From NCBI GenBank assembly GCA_964016885.1, contig OZ024744.1, positions 108,066,001-108,130,000 of the forward strand: a DNA stretch of 64,000 nt, in the 5' to 3' direction. Made by a program: the position numbers and the translations under genes. Each line of letters starts with the position of its first letter. Position 1 is the first letter of the stretch. This DNA is from Eledone cirrhosa. Taxonomy: Eukaryota. This document shows, one piece after another, positions 27,372 to 41,300 of the stretch. A model generated the notes under the pieces. The model searched no databases, was not told the DNA's origin, and saw nothing but the letters and a program-made list of their open reading frames with translations.

Positions 27372-28650
27372 ATGGTGGCTGCCAACTCGTTTTCGAGTAC
27401 GGCCACTACTTTATATCCATGTAGGAGAACCCCCACCGAAGTGCTGAACGAGTGTGACTTTTTAGTCCAGCCAGCGACTTGAAAACTCTGGTACAAACAC
27501 TACACTTGTGATAATTATTGACACATAGTGCTGGGCCCATGGTACCATGTGAGGACAAGTGCAGAGAGATCTCCAGATATAAAGCAATGCCTGTGCCGTG
27601 AAGCTTTTATAGTGAGCAAAGGCACTGCACAAAGCCAGTCCCACTCTCTTAACCAAGATGATATTTACCAAAAAGAAGAACAAGTCAACATCATTGGATA
27701 CCATCAGGGTTGCAGGTGTTATATCAGAGTTTTCCTTCTCCTAGAATTCTGCCTTGACAAAGGCTAAGGGGTCATCTCTCCCGGTGATTTTGGATGGCTA
27801 TTGACTCTTAAGAGCTCCTTTGCCCTTTGACAGGTTTTGTTTTTAGTCCTGCAGGATGTCCAAAGTCACCCTCCTCACCAAGAAACCTTGGTGGGGTTGC
27901 CAGTTTAGTCGCCAACGACCCGACCATGAGACAGGTTGTACTGGGATACATGTTACCAGTAGCACCAACTGGTGACCTGACATAACATACATACATACAT
28001 ACATACATACATACATACACACATATATACATGCATACATAATAGTGGCTGCCAACTCGTTTTCGAGTACGGCCAACTACTTTATATCCATGTAGGAGAA
28101 CCCCTACCGATGCGCTGAACGAGTGTGACTTTTTAGTCCAGCCAGCGACTTGAAAACTCTGGTACAAACACTACACTTGTGACAATTATTGACACATAGT
28201 GCTGGGCCCATGGTACCATGTGAGGACAAGTGCAGAGAGATCTCCAGATATAAAGCAATGCCTGTGCCGTGAAGCTTTTATAGTGAGCAAAGGCACTGCA
28301 CAAGCCAGTCCCACTCTCTTAACCAAGATGATATTTACCAAAAAGAAGAACAAGTCAACATCATTGGATACCATCAGGGTTGCAAGTGTTATATCAGAGT
28401 TTTCCTTCTCCTAGAATTCTGCCTTGACAAAGGCTAAGGGGCCATCGCTCCCGGTGATTTTGGATGGCCATTGACTCTTAAGAGCTCCTTTGCCCTTTCA
28501 CAGGTTTTGTTTTTAGTTTTGCAGGATGTCCAAAGTCACCCTCCTCACCAAGAAACCTTGGTGAGGTTGCCAGTTTAGTCGCCAATGACCCGACCATGAG
28601 ACAGGTTGTACTGGAATACATGTTACCAGTAGCACCAACTGTCAGGTCAC
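27372..28650 (-). mobile_element. Two tandem ~610-bp non-autonomous retroelements (27372-27980 and 28043-28650) with RTE-like 3' tail, in (CATA)n
   Basis: Near-identical copies separated by (CATA)n. The 3' terminus resembles that of the adjacent RTE LINE. Confidence 0.75.
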
Positions 28651-28745
28651 ATGCATACATAATACATACATACACACATATATACATTCATACACACATA
28701 CGCACATACATACACACACACACGCATACATAAATACATACATAC

Positions 28746-29675
<930 letters not shown>

Positions 29676-29749
29676 GCATACATACGCACACACACACGCA
29701 CACACACACACGCACACACACACGCACACACACACATACATATATACCT

Positions 29750-29938
29750 AGAGTTTCCAAGGATGGTTAAAGAAGATTGGTCCCGCCCCGCTTTTTGGAA
29801 CACTTCAAAAGGCATGCTTGCTGGGAACAGCAAGAACCCTCCGATACGTCCTGAATATCTGAGGCTGCAGGTAATGGCTTGATATTCATTTCAACAAACT
29901 TTCCAGTTAAATAACATCAATGACTGAGACTCAAAGAA
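29750..29938 (+). mobile_element. 3' stub of the R4/Dong-type element, followed by (TAA)n
   Basis: Closely similar to 32090-32273. Confidence 0.85.
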
Positions 29939-29939
29939 C

Positions 29940-30010
<71 letters not shown>

Positions 30011-30011
<1 letters not shown>

Positions 30012-32200
30012 TGAGTATCACAGTTGAAACTCTTAAGGGGCAAGCCAAAAAACTAACCAACTGGAAATCACCAGGCCCAGATGGTGTGCAGGGGTATTGG
30101 ATTAAACATTTAACATCCCTCCACCCGAAGCTGACGGCCATGTTCAATGACTGCTTGGTGTCGGGTGAGGTGCCAGAGTGGTTGACAAAAGGTACCACAG
30201 TTCTGATAATGAAAGACCGAATCAAGGGTAATGATGTTACCAACTATAGACCTATCACATGTCTGCCCGTAATGTGGAAACTGTTGACGAGCATTGTGTC
30301 TGAGGAAATCTACCATCACCCCCACACAAACAACTTGTTGCCGGACGAACAGAAAGGATGCCGAAAGAAGTCACGTGGTACAAAGGACCAGTTGCTTATT
30401 GATAAGATGGTAATGGGGAATTGCAGGAGGAGACACACTGATCTTGCCATGGGATGGATAGACTACAGAAAGGCATTTGACATGGTGCCTCATTCCTGGA
30501 TCACCAAAAGCCTGGAGATCTTCAGGGTGGCAGATAACATCAGACAGTTGCTGGGCAGGAGTATGGGGTCCTGGGAGACAGAGTTGACATCAACTGGAGT
30601 ATCCTTGGGAAGCGTGAAGATCAAGAGAGGTATCTTCCAGGGAGATAGCCTGTCCCCTCTGTTGTTTGTCCTTGCCCTGATGCCCTTGACCATTATGCTG
30701 CGAAAAGTGAGAGCAGGATACAAGTTGGGAAGGGGAGAGCTTACCATCAATCACCTCCTCTTCATGGACGATCTTAAGCTCTTCGGGAAAAGTGAGAAGG
30801 AGTTGGATGTGCTTGTTGACACTGTCCGTATTTTCAGCAGTGATATATGTATGCAGTTTGGTATTGGTAAATGTGGAGTCATTGTGATGAGGAGGGGTAG
30901 ATTGAGCAGAAGTAACGGGATCCAGATACCAACATGTGAGATGATAAAGGAAATTGACTCTGAGGAAGGATACAAGTATTTGGGCGTTCTGGAGGCTGAT
31001 GGCATAAAGAACAAAAAAATGAAGGAATTGTTAAGAACTGAATACATTCGGAGAGTAAGGAGCGTATTGAAGTCACATCTGAACAGCAGAAATGCCATAA
31101 GCGCAGTAAATTCCCGAGCTGTGTCTATTATTAGGTACAGTGCGGGAATCCTGAGATGGAATGTTGCTGAACAAAAAGAAATGGATAGGAAGACTAGGAA
31201 GCTATTGACTATCTACAACATGTTCCACAAGAGGAGTGATGTCGATAGACTCTACCTAAGGAGATCTGAGGGTGGAAGAGGTCTTATCAGCATAGAGGAC
31301 TGTGTTCAGATGGAGAAAAACAACCTATACAAATACGTGACCTATAGTAAGGAGCCAATGCTCAGAGCTGTACTGAAGGAGGGGACAGTAGGCCAGGGGA
31401 TACCCAAGGAGGAAATAACATCAAGGAGGAAGAGCAGCCTTAAGGGAAAATCCCTTCATAGTACCTTCTTTGAGAAAACTGAATTTAGAGATCCACAGAC
31501 ATGGAACTGGTTGAGAAGAGGAGACCTCAAAAAGGCTACAGAAGGAATGCTAATGGCTGCGCAGGAGCAGGCCCTCAAAACGAAGTGGTTGAAGCACCAT
31601 ATCTACAAGGAGGAGGCTAGCCCACTGTGCAGGATCTGTGGAGAGAGAGAGGAGACTGTGGCTCACATTGTGTCCGAGTGTAAACACCTAGCCCAGACCC
31701 ACTATAAGGGCTGGAGACACGATGTGATGGGCAGGGTGATCCACTGGCACCTGTGCAAAGTAAACAATCTACCACATTCTGAGAAATGGTATGAGCATAG
31801 GCCAGAGGCGGTGATGGAGAACAGTCAGGTGAAGGTGCTGTGGGATTTTAGGATACAGACGGACAAAAAACTGGAACACAATAGACCTGACCTGGTGGTT
31901 GTGGACAAAGAAAAAAGATCGTGCCTGATTGTGGATGTGGCCTGCCCGTTCGACACGAGAGTGCAAGAGAAGGAGAGGGAGAAAATTAACCGATACCAGG
32001 ACCTAAAGTGGGAGGTGAAAAGGATTTGGAACTGCCATGAAGTCAAAGTGATCCCGATTGTCATAGGCGCACTGGGGACTATCTCCAAAGGTTTCCAGGG
32101 ATGGTTAAAGAAAATCGGCCCCTTCACGCTTTTTGGAACGCTTCAAAAGGCATGCTTGCTTGGAACGGCAAGAACCCTCCGATACGTCCTGAATATCTGA
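30011..32200 (+). CDS. 5'-truncated RT + restriction-like endonuclease ORF of an R4/Dong-type non-LTR retrotransposon (element ~30012-32275)
   Basis: Uninterrupted 729 codons: KSPGPDG, YRPITCL, GIFQGDSLSP, LFMDD, CCHC knuckle CRICGEREETVAHIVSEC, RHD, RPDLVVVD..VDV..K...Y. Flanked by (TAA)n on both sides. Confidence 0.9.
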
Positions 32201-32286
32201 GGCTGCAGGTAGTGGCTTGATATTCAATCCAACGGACTTTCCAGTTAACCAACATCAATGACTGAGATTCAAGGAATAACAATAAC

Positions 32287-32327
<41 letters not shown>

Positions 32328-32587
32328 TTTCTTTATTAACCACAAGGGTTTACATAAAGTAGACATTAAGGACAGTGCAGGACAATGCAGGACGGTACAA
32401 ATGGGCATTTCTGCGTGTAAAAAACAAAAACAGAGGATGTAACAAAAATAACAATGAAAATAACAATGAAAAATTCCCCAATAGGGGGGAGACTTCCGAG
32501 GGACATTTGTGGAGAAAGCCCAGTAAAAAGACCACAATGACCCTGACCACCAGGGCAAGTGCCCTCTCCCAGTTTTCCACCTTCAAT

Positions 32588-35500
32588 TTACAGATATATA
32601 CTCAGAGTAGGCCCATTCACACGGGCCATTCTTGCTTCTCTCACCCATCTTTCAACAAAATGCTGGGAAGAGAGCACTTCCCTCTCTACTCTGATTTTCC
32701 TTTTCAAATGAAATTTGAAAAAGTCAATCAGAGCATCACCGAAGAGGTAAGTGTTCGTCTTCAGCCCTTTCAAACGTGTCCACCATACTATCTCTTTCGC
32801 CATGGCCACCAGACAGATAAAAACTGCCTGCCCTTCCCGGCTAAAGGAGGAGGGCGGGGCAATCCTCACGATGGACTCAGATGATAGCCGGATCCGTCCT
32901 AAACGCGACAGCAGGTGTTCGACATAAACCCACAAGTCATCAATTTTCGGACACTGGACGAGTGCGTGCAGGACGGTTTCGTCGACCTGCGCGCATCTCG
33001 GACATGCCCAGCTGACGGCACCTCCATGCCTGTAGAGTTTATCCCGAACTGGCAAGGCTCCTCGGTAGCACTGCCAGGCCAGAGATTTCTGGAAGTTGTC
33101 CATAGGCCCCGGCCCGAAAGTTCTTCCGAAGAGATTGGCTAGTTGATTTTCGTCGACGCCTAGAGTTTCCCCAAGTACGTCGTCGCTCTTCCCCCCCGCT
33201 AATCCTCTATAGAACGCCGAGGTGGAGTTTCCACCGATCACATTGCCCGATTGGTCGAGGGCTGTGAGCGCCTGAAGACATTCCAGTCTCCAGGCGCTCC
33301 CTCTCGGTCTTCGCTTGACCCAGGACTGCAGCTCCGTCAAGGAAACGAGCTGGGAAAATACGTGTCTAGCAAACGGCGACCACACCTGATCACCGTCGAG
33401 GAAAAGGTGGAGATGTCGTAGCCTGAGCGCGTGCCTGCGCATCATCAGCCATGGCATGCCCAGCCCTCCACGTAGCGGGTGTTGACAACAGATGGACCGC
33501 CTGACCATCGGAGCGCGTCCCTTCCACAAAAAGCGAAAGAGCAAACGCTCCAGCGCAGTCAGGCGAGGCTTAGGACAAGGTACGACGGTCAGGCGGTAGC
33601 AGATGACAGACGCGATGTACGCGTTAGCCACCTCCGCTCGACCTTTCAGGGATAGCTTTCTCTCCGCCCATTTCTGGGTGAGAGAAGCCACCCTGCTCGT
33701 CACCTCGTCCCAGTTTTTGTCCGTCTGGAGGTCCGGACCGAATCAGACCCCTAGCAATTTAACCGGTCCGTCCGTCCAGCGTCCGACGACGCTGTTGGAC
33801 GGCATGGACCTGCCTCTCCAGGTGCCGAGCTGCAGGCCCACTGACTTTTCCTGGTTGATCATTGCTCCTGTCACCGCTTCGTATTCTCTTAGTGTAGTGC
33901 CGATCGCCTCGATGTGTTTGGCGTTCGACACCACTACGGTGACATCGTCCGCATATGCTGACCCGGATCTTCCGCATCCTAGTTCGCGCGGGACGCCCCT
34001 CAACGTCTCCAGTTTGTGCAGTAATGGCTCGAGAGTCAATACGTACAAGAGGGACGAGAGGGGACATCCTTGGCGGACCGAACGCATGATGTTGAACGGT
34101 TCCGACAGGTGACCGTTCACTCTCACCACAGAGCAGATGTCACTGTGCATGGCAGCGATCCAGCCTCTGAAGACGGGCCCAAAGCCAGCCGCCCTCAGGA
34201 CTGCCGCTAGGTAACGATGGTCGACCCTATCGAAAGCTTTCCACTGATCTAAATTGATCAAGGACCCACCCGTGCCAGGTTCCCGAGCAACCCTCTCTAC
34301 GATGTATCGCATGAGGTGGAGGTTGTCGTGGATGGATCTGTCGGGAATGGGGCATGTCTGCGCCTCTCCCACCAGACCACCAACGACAAACGCCAACCTC
34401 TTTGCTAGCACCTTGGCCAAAATCTTGAACTCTGTGTTTAGCAGAGTTATGGGCCGGAAATTATCTATGTTATTCCCCTTGTTCGTATCCTTTCTCAGCA
34501 GTGCCACCGCTCCTCGGCTCACAGAACTGGGAATTCTCCCGTTCTGTTGCCAGTTGCAGTAGACGTCCGCCAAGAGGCCTCCGAACAAGTCTGGCATCTG
34601 TACGTAAAGTTCATAGGGCAGACCATCCGAACCAGGCGATTTACCCCTTGTGCAGCCAGTCATTGCCCCCCTTACTTCAGCGGCTGTTATCGGCTTTTCG
34701 CAACATTCGCCTCAGTGGCCGAGAGCCGCGGCAGTCCGTCGAGGTAGACACTAAAGTCCATCCCTCGACCTGGCCCACCGCTGCCCCCGAACAGCTGAGC
34801 GAAGTGTCGCTGAAAAGCTTCACACATTTGCCCGAGATCGAGTAGCATGCGCCCGTCGTGGTCCACCAAAGACCGGATCGTGGCTTTGTTGCCACGACGC
34901 GCCTCCGCCACTCGGGCCCATTGAACGGCTTTCGTCCCCTCGTTTCTGAGAGCACGCAACCTAGCTCTGACAACGCAGCCTTCGTGCTTTGCATTGAAGA
35001 ATTGGTCAAGGGCCAATTTCGCCGCAAGTACGACGGTCGCGATGCCTTTGCTAAGCGCCTCGTCTAATTTTCTAACTAGTTCTCCCTCTGCTCTATTTTT
35101 CTCTATTGTTAAAGCCTTACTAAACCTAATGGACTTTGTTCTAATCGCACTTTTCAGAGCAAACCACCATTTGTTGTTGACGGTGGCCTCCGTCAACGCC
35201 CGCTTAACTAGTTCGCTAATCCGGTCTCTGTAGGCCTTGCGTGCTGGTAAGGACGCGTTTAGCTTCCAGTAGCCGGGTCCTCGTCTATGAAGCCTATCTA
35301 AGTCAAGCACACAGATCACGAATTTGTGGTCCGTGTAGCTGACTATCTTGAATTGTGGACAGCCTATCCTAGACCTATCTATTTCCCTACAAAATACTCT
35401 ATCTAGATATGATCTGGATGACCCTATGCGATTTGTCCAAGTCCACATTGGTACATTCGAGAAATCCAATCGGTACCTGTCAGACAGTTCAAAACGCCTG

Positions 35501-36006
35501 AGCAGGTTGGTGAGACTCTTGCACCCTCCTTCCCTATCCACTAATCCCACACAATCCCAGCGTGCATCTAAGATCCCGTTGCAGTCGCCCACTAACACTA
35601 AAGAGCGGGACGTTCCAAGAAAGGTCTCTAGACGCCGGAAGAAATCAGGCCGCCCTGCTCCTGTCGGGGCATAGACGGCCACTAACCTGAAAGCTTGCCC
35701 GTCTCCGCAGGTCACGTCCAGCACCACCAACTTACCTTCTGGGTCCAGGAAGATGGCCCGTATGGCAAGATCCAAACCTCTCCGAAAAAGCACAGCAACT
35801 CCTTCCCCCGATCGCGGACGGCTAGGAGATGCGTACACATCGTAGCCGCCGAAGATCGGTGCGAAGGCTCGTGCTTCGGAGATTCTGGTCTCGCTGATGG
35901 TCACTACATCTATGTTTAGTGACCTGAGGTCGTTGAGCAGGTGGCCCTGCTTCCATGAAGACCCCAAGCCACGCGCATTTATGCTGCCTATTCTGAGTGA
36001 GGTCAT
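32588..36006 (-). pseudogene. Tx1 ORF2 (APE endonuclease, RT, C-terminal Cys/His motif), interrupted by a frameshift near 34680 and a stop at 33743
   Basis: SINARGL..SET..AVYAP..GDCN..YLDR..YTDH; KSPGSDG, FRPITLLN, KAFDRV, VRQGCPLS, AYADD; CPRC...ETVLHALVQC. Confidence 0.9.
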
Positions 36007-38122
36007 GTTGAAAAGGAGTGGAAAAGATGGTAAAGACCACTTACCTTACTTCTCGTAGAGGAAGGATGGTTTTTTCCATCCTTTTCACTGCTTGTAGCCT
36101 CCTCAGGAAGGATGTCCTTATAAATCCTCCTGGAGAGTGCTTGTCGGAAGTCTCCGATGTCTTTGGGGAATTTTTGTTTTAGTGTCATGTACGTTTTCTG
36201 TGTGATGCGAGTGATTTGTAGTGTGGAGGTGGTGTGAGTTTTTGGGTTGTTGTGTAGTCTTTTTCTGTGATGCTGGTGTTGTGTTGGATGTAGTGTAATA
36301 ATTGCTTGTTGTTCAAATTTAATGCTGTGTAGTGTGTATCGTTTTGGTTGTTTTGTTTTGTTTGCGTTTGTTTTGGGTTTGTTTCTGTTTCGCATTTTGG
36401 TGACTTTTGTGGTGTAGGTGATGGTGGTGTTGGGGTTAATGATGGTGATGGTGTTGGTGTTTGGGGTGATGAGGTTGGTGATGCTGGTGTGGATGGTGGA
36501 ATATCTGTCCTAACTTTTTTGTTTGTTAATTTATTTGTTTCCTTCTGTATTTTGTTTTTGGAGGGGGAAGGAAGAGAATTTTTTCTATTTTGGTTTCTTT
36601 TTTTTTTCCTGATACCGTTTCCCACACCTCGTCATCACAATCTGTCTCCAATTGTGATAGGCCGGGGAGTGGAAAATCCTCCACAGGCGTTAGTTTTGGT
36701 TGTGGCGTGGTGGATGGTGTAGGCGCTGGTGCTAGTTCTGAAGCGTTGGGTGGTGGTGGCGTTGGTTTTTCTGGTGGTGGTGGTGTTGGTTTTTCTGGTG
36801 GTGGTGGTGTTGGTTTTGCTACTGTTGCTGGGGTTGTTGCTGTTATAGTTGCTTCTGTTGTTGCTGCTACAGTTGTTGCTGCCATCTCTGCTACTGGTGG
36901 TGTTGATGGTTGAGTCACTGCGGTGGGTAGGAGAGGTGGCCTCAACCTTTTAGCTTGAGGGCAGAAAGCCCTTAGGTGGGTTCCTTCACCACAAACGACA
37001 CACCTAGGCCTTCTGCCCTCGACAATTACGGTGAGCTGGCTGCCGTCAGTGAGGTCTATTACCTCTGGGATCTCCTCAATGCTTTTTTGGTCCGCTTGGA
37101 TCAGGAGCTCCATCCCAGATCCGGACCAGTTTTCCTGCTTTTCTTTTGCTATTGCTATTATCTTTGTGTTGGCTTCGATGCCGGCGAGGACGGCCGCTAT
37201 TAGCCAGGGAATTTCGATGGCCGGTGGAACGTGGGTCACCCTGATCTTTACAAGTCTCTGGCCACAATAGCTTGGGACGAGTGTGAAGTCGTCACTTCTT
37301 AATGGGGCCATGGAGTGTTCTCTAGCCTCCTCTGGTGTTTCAAAGAACACGTCCACGGTTCCATACTTCTGCCCACGTCTGATGTGGGTTTTTTTTTGCC
37401 CACACATGTCCCAAAGCTTTTTGGATTTGGGACTCAGATGCCCGTTCCACTCGGCGCGATTTTACATTTATTGTTCGATACGACACGGTGCATAGGCGCC
37501 GATGCTCCATTTTATTAGGTGTGGGAGGGGTGGTGGGTGGGGGGGGGGTGAGGCTGACCCTGTACCCATCTTTCTTTACCATTTTTTTGGCATTTTCTAA
37601 TTCCTCCTGAGTTACCGTAAATGCTTCGCACTGTTTTGCTACTCTGGCAAAACTCAGGGTGGTTTTTTTAATGTCATTGATGTTGTTGTTGCTATCGTTA
37701 TTTTTGTTATTATTAATTTTAGTTTCAGTTGTGGTGGTGGTGACGTCAGTGGAGTTCGGTTTGGAAGAGTCCATTTTGGTTGAAAATATTTCGACATCAC
37801 GAGTTAATTTATTTTTTCCTTTTGTTTCTGTTGTCGCGGTGGTGGTGGGGGTGGGGGTTGTCGCGGTGGTGGTGTTGGTGGTGGTGGTGGTGGTGGTGGG
37901 GGGGGGGGGGGTTGTCGCGGTGGTGGTGGTGGCGGCTTTAACACCTGCAGTCATTGGTAATGGCGGGAAATGAATGTCTGCCTGAGACAAATTTAAAATA
38001 TTGCTAGTGCTTAAATTGTTTGTGTTGGCAAACGTAGTATCATTTACAATGGTGGTGTCGGTGTGAGGTGTTAATTTGTGAGGAAGGCTTTCAGCTGCTT
38101 GGTGCAGAGGTGAATTAGCCAT
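36003..38122 (-). pseudogene. Tx1 ORF1 (gag-like), frameshifted at homopolymers
   Basis: Zinc knuckle EGRRPRCVVCGEGTHLRAFC with low-complexity T/P/K flanks; homologous to ORF1 of the neighbouring copy. Confidence 0.8.
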
Positions 38123-38350
38123 TTTCTTTTCAAAGAAATTTTTTGATAATCATAAAAGTTTAAATTTTGGGCACAAGGCCCCAATCTTTTTGGGTGCCCT
38201 TTTCGGAAAACAATGTATGTGCGCTTATATATAGTTAACAATAAAAATTTTCCATAAATGGCAATTTTTAACAAACGGAAATAACAAACCTTTGCGGAGC
38301 TCACGATGATACGATTTACTACGTAGGTCGCCAATAATAATAATAATAAT

Positions 38351-41300
38351 GATTTCATTTATTGGCCACAAGGGCCGACATATAGGGGACAATACAAACG
38401 ACTGGGACAGTGGGGTTTTACAGAAAAATCGAGTAAATAATATGAATAACAATAACAAAGTAACAATAAAGTAACAATAAAATTACAAGAACAATTCCCC
38501 AATAGGGGGGAAGACCACCCAAGGTTCGCTCAGGTACCCCACCAGTCCTGAACGACCCGACGCTTCGAGAGCACCCTGGAAGGGCACCCCCTCTCCTCCT
38601 CAAATTTACCTACCTACAGCCGCATGACCAGAGTAGGCCCACTCACACGGGCCACTCTCGCCTCATTCACCCACCTTTCAGCAAATGTACTGGGGGGGGG
38701 GGGGAGCACTTCTCTCTCCACCCTCACCTTCCTTTCCAGGTGAAACTTGAAGAAGTTGATGAGGGATTGGCCGAAGAGAAAAGTCTTCAGTCCTTTAAAC
38801 CTCGTCCATCATACAACCTCTTTCGCTACAGCCACTAGACAGAGGAAAATTGCCTGCCCTTCCTGGCCAAAAGAAGGCGGCGGGTCGATCTTCACTATGG
38901 ACTCGGCCGATAGCCGGATCCGTTCTACACGCGACAACAGCTGTTCAACATAACTCCACAAGTCAGTAATGCACGGACACTGGACGAGTGCGTGCAGAAC
39001 GGTTTTGTCGCATTGCACGCATCTCGGGCAGGTCCGTCTGACAGCACTTCCGTGCCTGTAGAGTTTATCTCGAACCGGCAGTGCCCCCCCGGTAGCACTG
39101 CCAAGCGAGGGAGTTTTGGAAATTATCCATCGTCCCCGGCTCGAAAGTCCTCCGGTACAGACTGGTTAGTTCGACTTCGTTGACTCCCAGAGCCTCTCCG
39201 AGTGCGTCGTCGCACTTGCCCACCACTAATCCTCTATAAAACTCGAGAGTGGAAGTTCCACGACCGCATTGCCCACCTGGTAGAGGGCAGTGAGGGCCTG
39301 GCATAATTCCAGATGCCAGTCACCCAGTCTCGGTCTCTTCTTGACCCAGCACTGCAGCTCAGTCAAAGAAACGAGCTGTGGAAAGGCCTGTCTGACAAAC
39401 GGCGACCACACCTGTTCACCGTTTAGGCAGAATATCTGGAGATGCCGCAGCCTCAGCGCGTGCCTGCGCATCATTAGCCACGGCATGCCCAGCCCTCCAC
39501 GTAGAGGGTGCTGGCAGCAGATGGACAGCCTGACCAACGGAACCTGACCCCTCCACAAGAATTTGAAGAGGAGCCGCTCCAAGATGGCGAGGCGCGAACG
39601 GGGGCAAGGGACGACGGTCAGACGGTAGTAGATGACGGACGCGATGTACGCGTTCGCCACCTCCGCCCGACCTCTCAGTGATAGCTTCATCCCAGCCCCC
39701 CCCCCCCCCCCGAACAACCGAGCAAAATGTTGGCGAAAGGCCTCACACACCCTCTTGGAATCGCTCAGCTCGTGCCCGTCTCGGTCCGTCAAAGACCGAA
39801 TCGTGGTTTTATTACCACGCTGCGCTTCTGCCACGCGAGCCCATCGAACAGCTTTGGGTCCCTCGTTTCTCAGAGCACGCGCCTTAGCTCTGACAATGTG
39901 TTTCGCATTGAAGAAATGGTCTAATGCCATTCTCACCGCTAGCACGTCAGTTGCAATGCCACTACCAATAGCCTCGTCTAACTTATCTACCAACTCCCCC
40001 TCCTTTCTATTTTTCTCTAACGCTACTTCTTTGTTAAACTCTATCGACATTACTCTAATCTCTCTTTTGAGAGCCCCCCACCATCTATTGTTGACGACTC
40101 CCCCTGTCAACTTTTTCTTTACTTGTTGACTTGGTCCCTGTAAGCCTTACGTGCCGGAAATGACATGTTTAGCTTCCAGTAACCAGGTCCTAACCTACGC
40201 GTCTTATCTAGGTCGACCATACAGATCACAAACTTGTGATCTGAATAGGCGACCGTTTCAAAACGTGGACAGCTTACACTATTTCTGTCTATTTTCCTAA
40301 TGAATATCCTGTCTATATACTATCTAGATGACCCTATGCGGTTAGCCCAGGTCCACACTGGCGCATTAGGGAAATCTAGTCGGTACCTGTCAGACATTTG
40401 GAACTGGCTGATCAGGTTCTTGAGGCTTTTGCACCCCCCACTCCTATCGGATACTCCCACACAGTCCTAGCGTGCGTCTAAGATGCCGTTCCAGTCCCCC
40501 GCTAACAGTAAAGGGCGAGACGTACCCAGAAACGCTTCCAGGCGTCTAAAGAAGTCCGGCCGTCCTGCCCCAGTAGGAGCATAGACGGCCACCAGTCTAA
40601 AGGCACCACCTTCATTATTGTTCTCGTCCAGGACCACCAACTTCCCGTCCGGGTCCCGGAAGATCGACCTTACCTCGAGATCCAGGCCTTTCCTAAACAG
40701 CACTGCCACCCCGCCTCCCATTCCCGGCCGGCTAACAGATGCAAATATCTGATAGTCGTCGAAAATGGGGGCTAGTGCGCGCGTGTCGGAAATCCTGGTC
40801 TCGCTGACGGCAATTACATCCATTTCTAGAGACCTGAGGTCGTTGAGCAGGTGACCCTGCTTCCAGGACGATCCCAGGCCTCGAACATTTAAACATCCTA
40901 CTCTTAATACGGCCATGTTGGCAGGTTAAAAAGAGAGAGTGGAAGGTTTACTTACCTTCCGGGCTCTTGTGAAGGTCGGGTTGTTCGACCTCCATAGTTG
41001 GTGGGGTTTCTTTTGGGAACACCTTTAAACGTCTTGAAGTGGGTTTTACGTCCCGAGGAAAGCTGTCTCGTATTTATCGATCGACATTCGCACCAGAACC
41101 AAGTCTTCCGGCACGCGAAATGTGCTCGATTTAAAAATCCCCCCCCCCTCTTTTTGTATATTTTCACTTCGTGCTACGAGGACCATCAGTTCCTTGTTGG
41201 CCCTCCTGACGAGCACGAAGTTTTGCATTTTTTGTTGGTGTGATTTTATTTGTTTGCGTGGCTGTGGTGGTGATGGTTTTGGTGGTGTTGTTTCGGTTGT

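Larger units (their letters stand above)
32326..38332 (-). mobile_element. Full-length Tx1-type (L1 group) LINE, ~6.0 kb, between (TAA)n tracts
   Basis: Has 5' UTR, ORF1 with zinc knuckle, ORF2 with APE-RT-CCHC, and a 3' UTR ending AATAAAGAAATC(ATT)n. Confidence 0.9.

Noticed and set aside
27890-27980. HDV-like ribozyme at the 5' end of the 610-bp element
   Set aside because: A possible P1 (GGTCACCA/TGGCGACT) is visible, but I could not assign P2, P3, P1.1 or the catalytic C.
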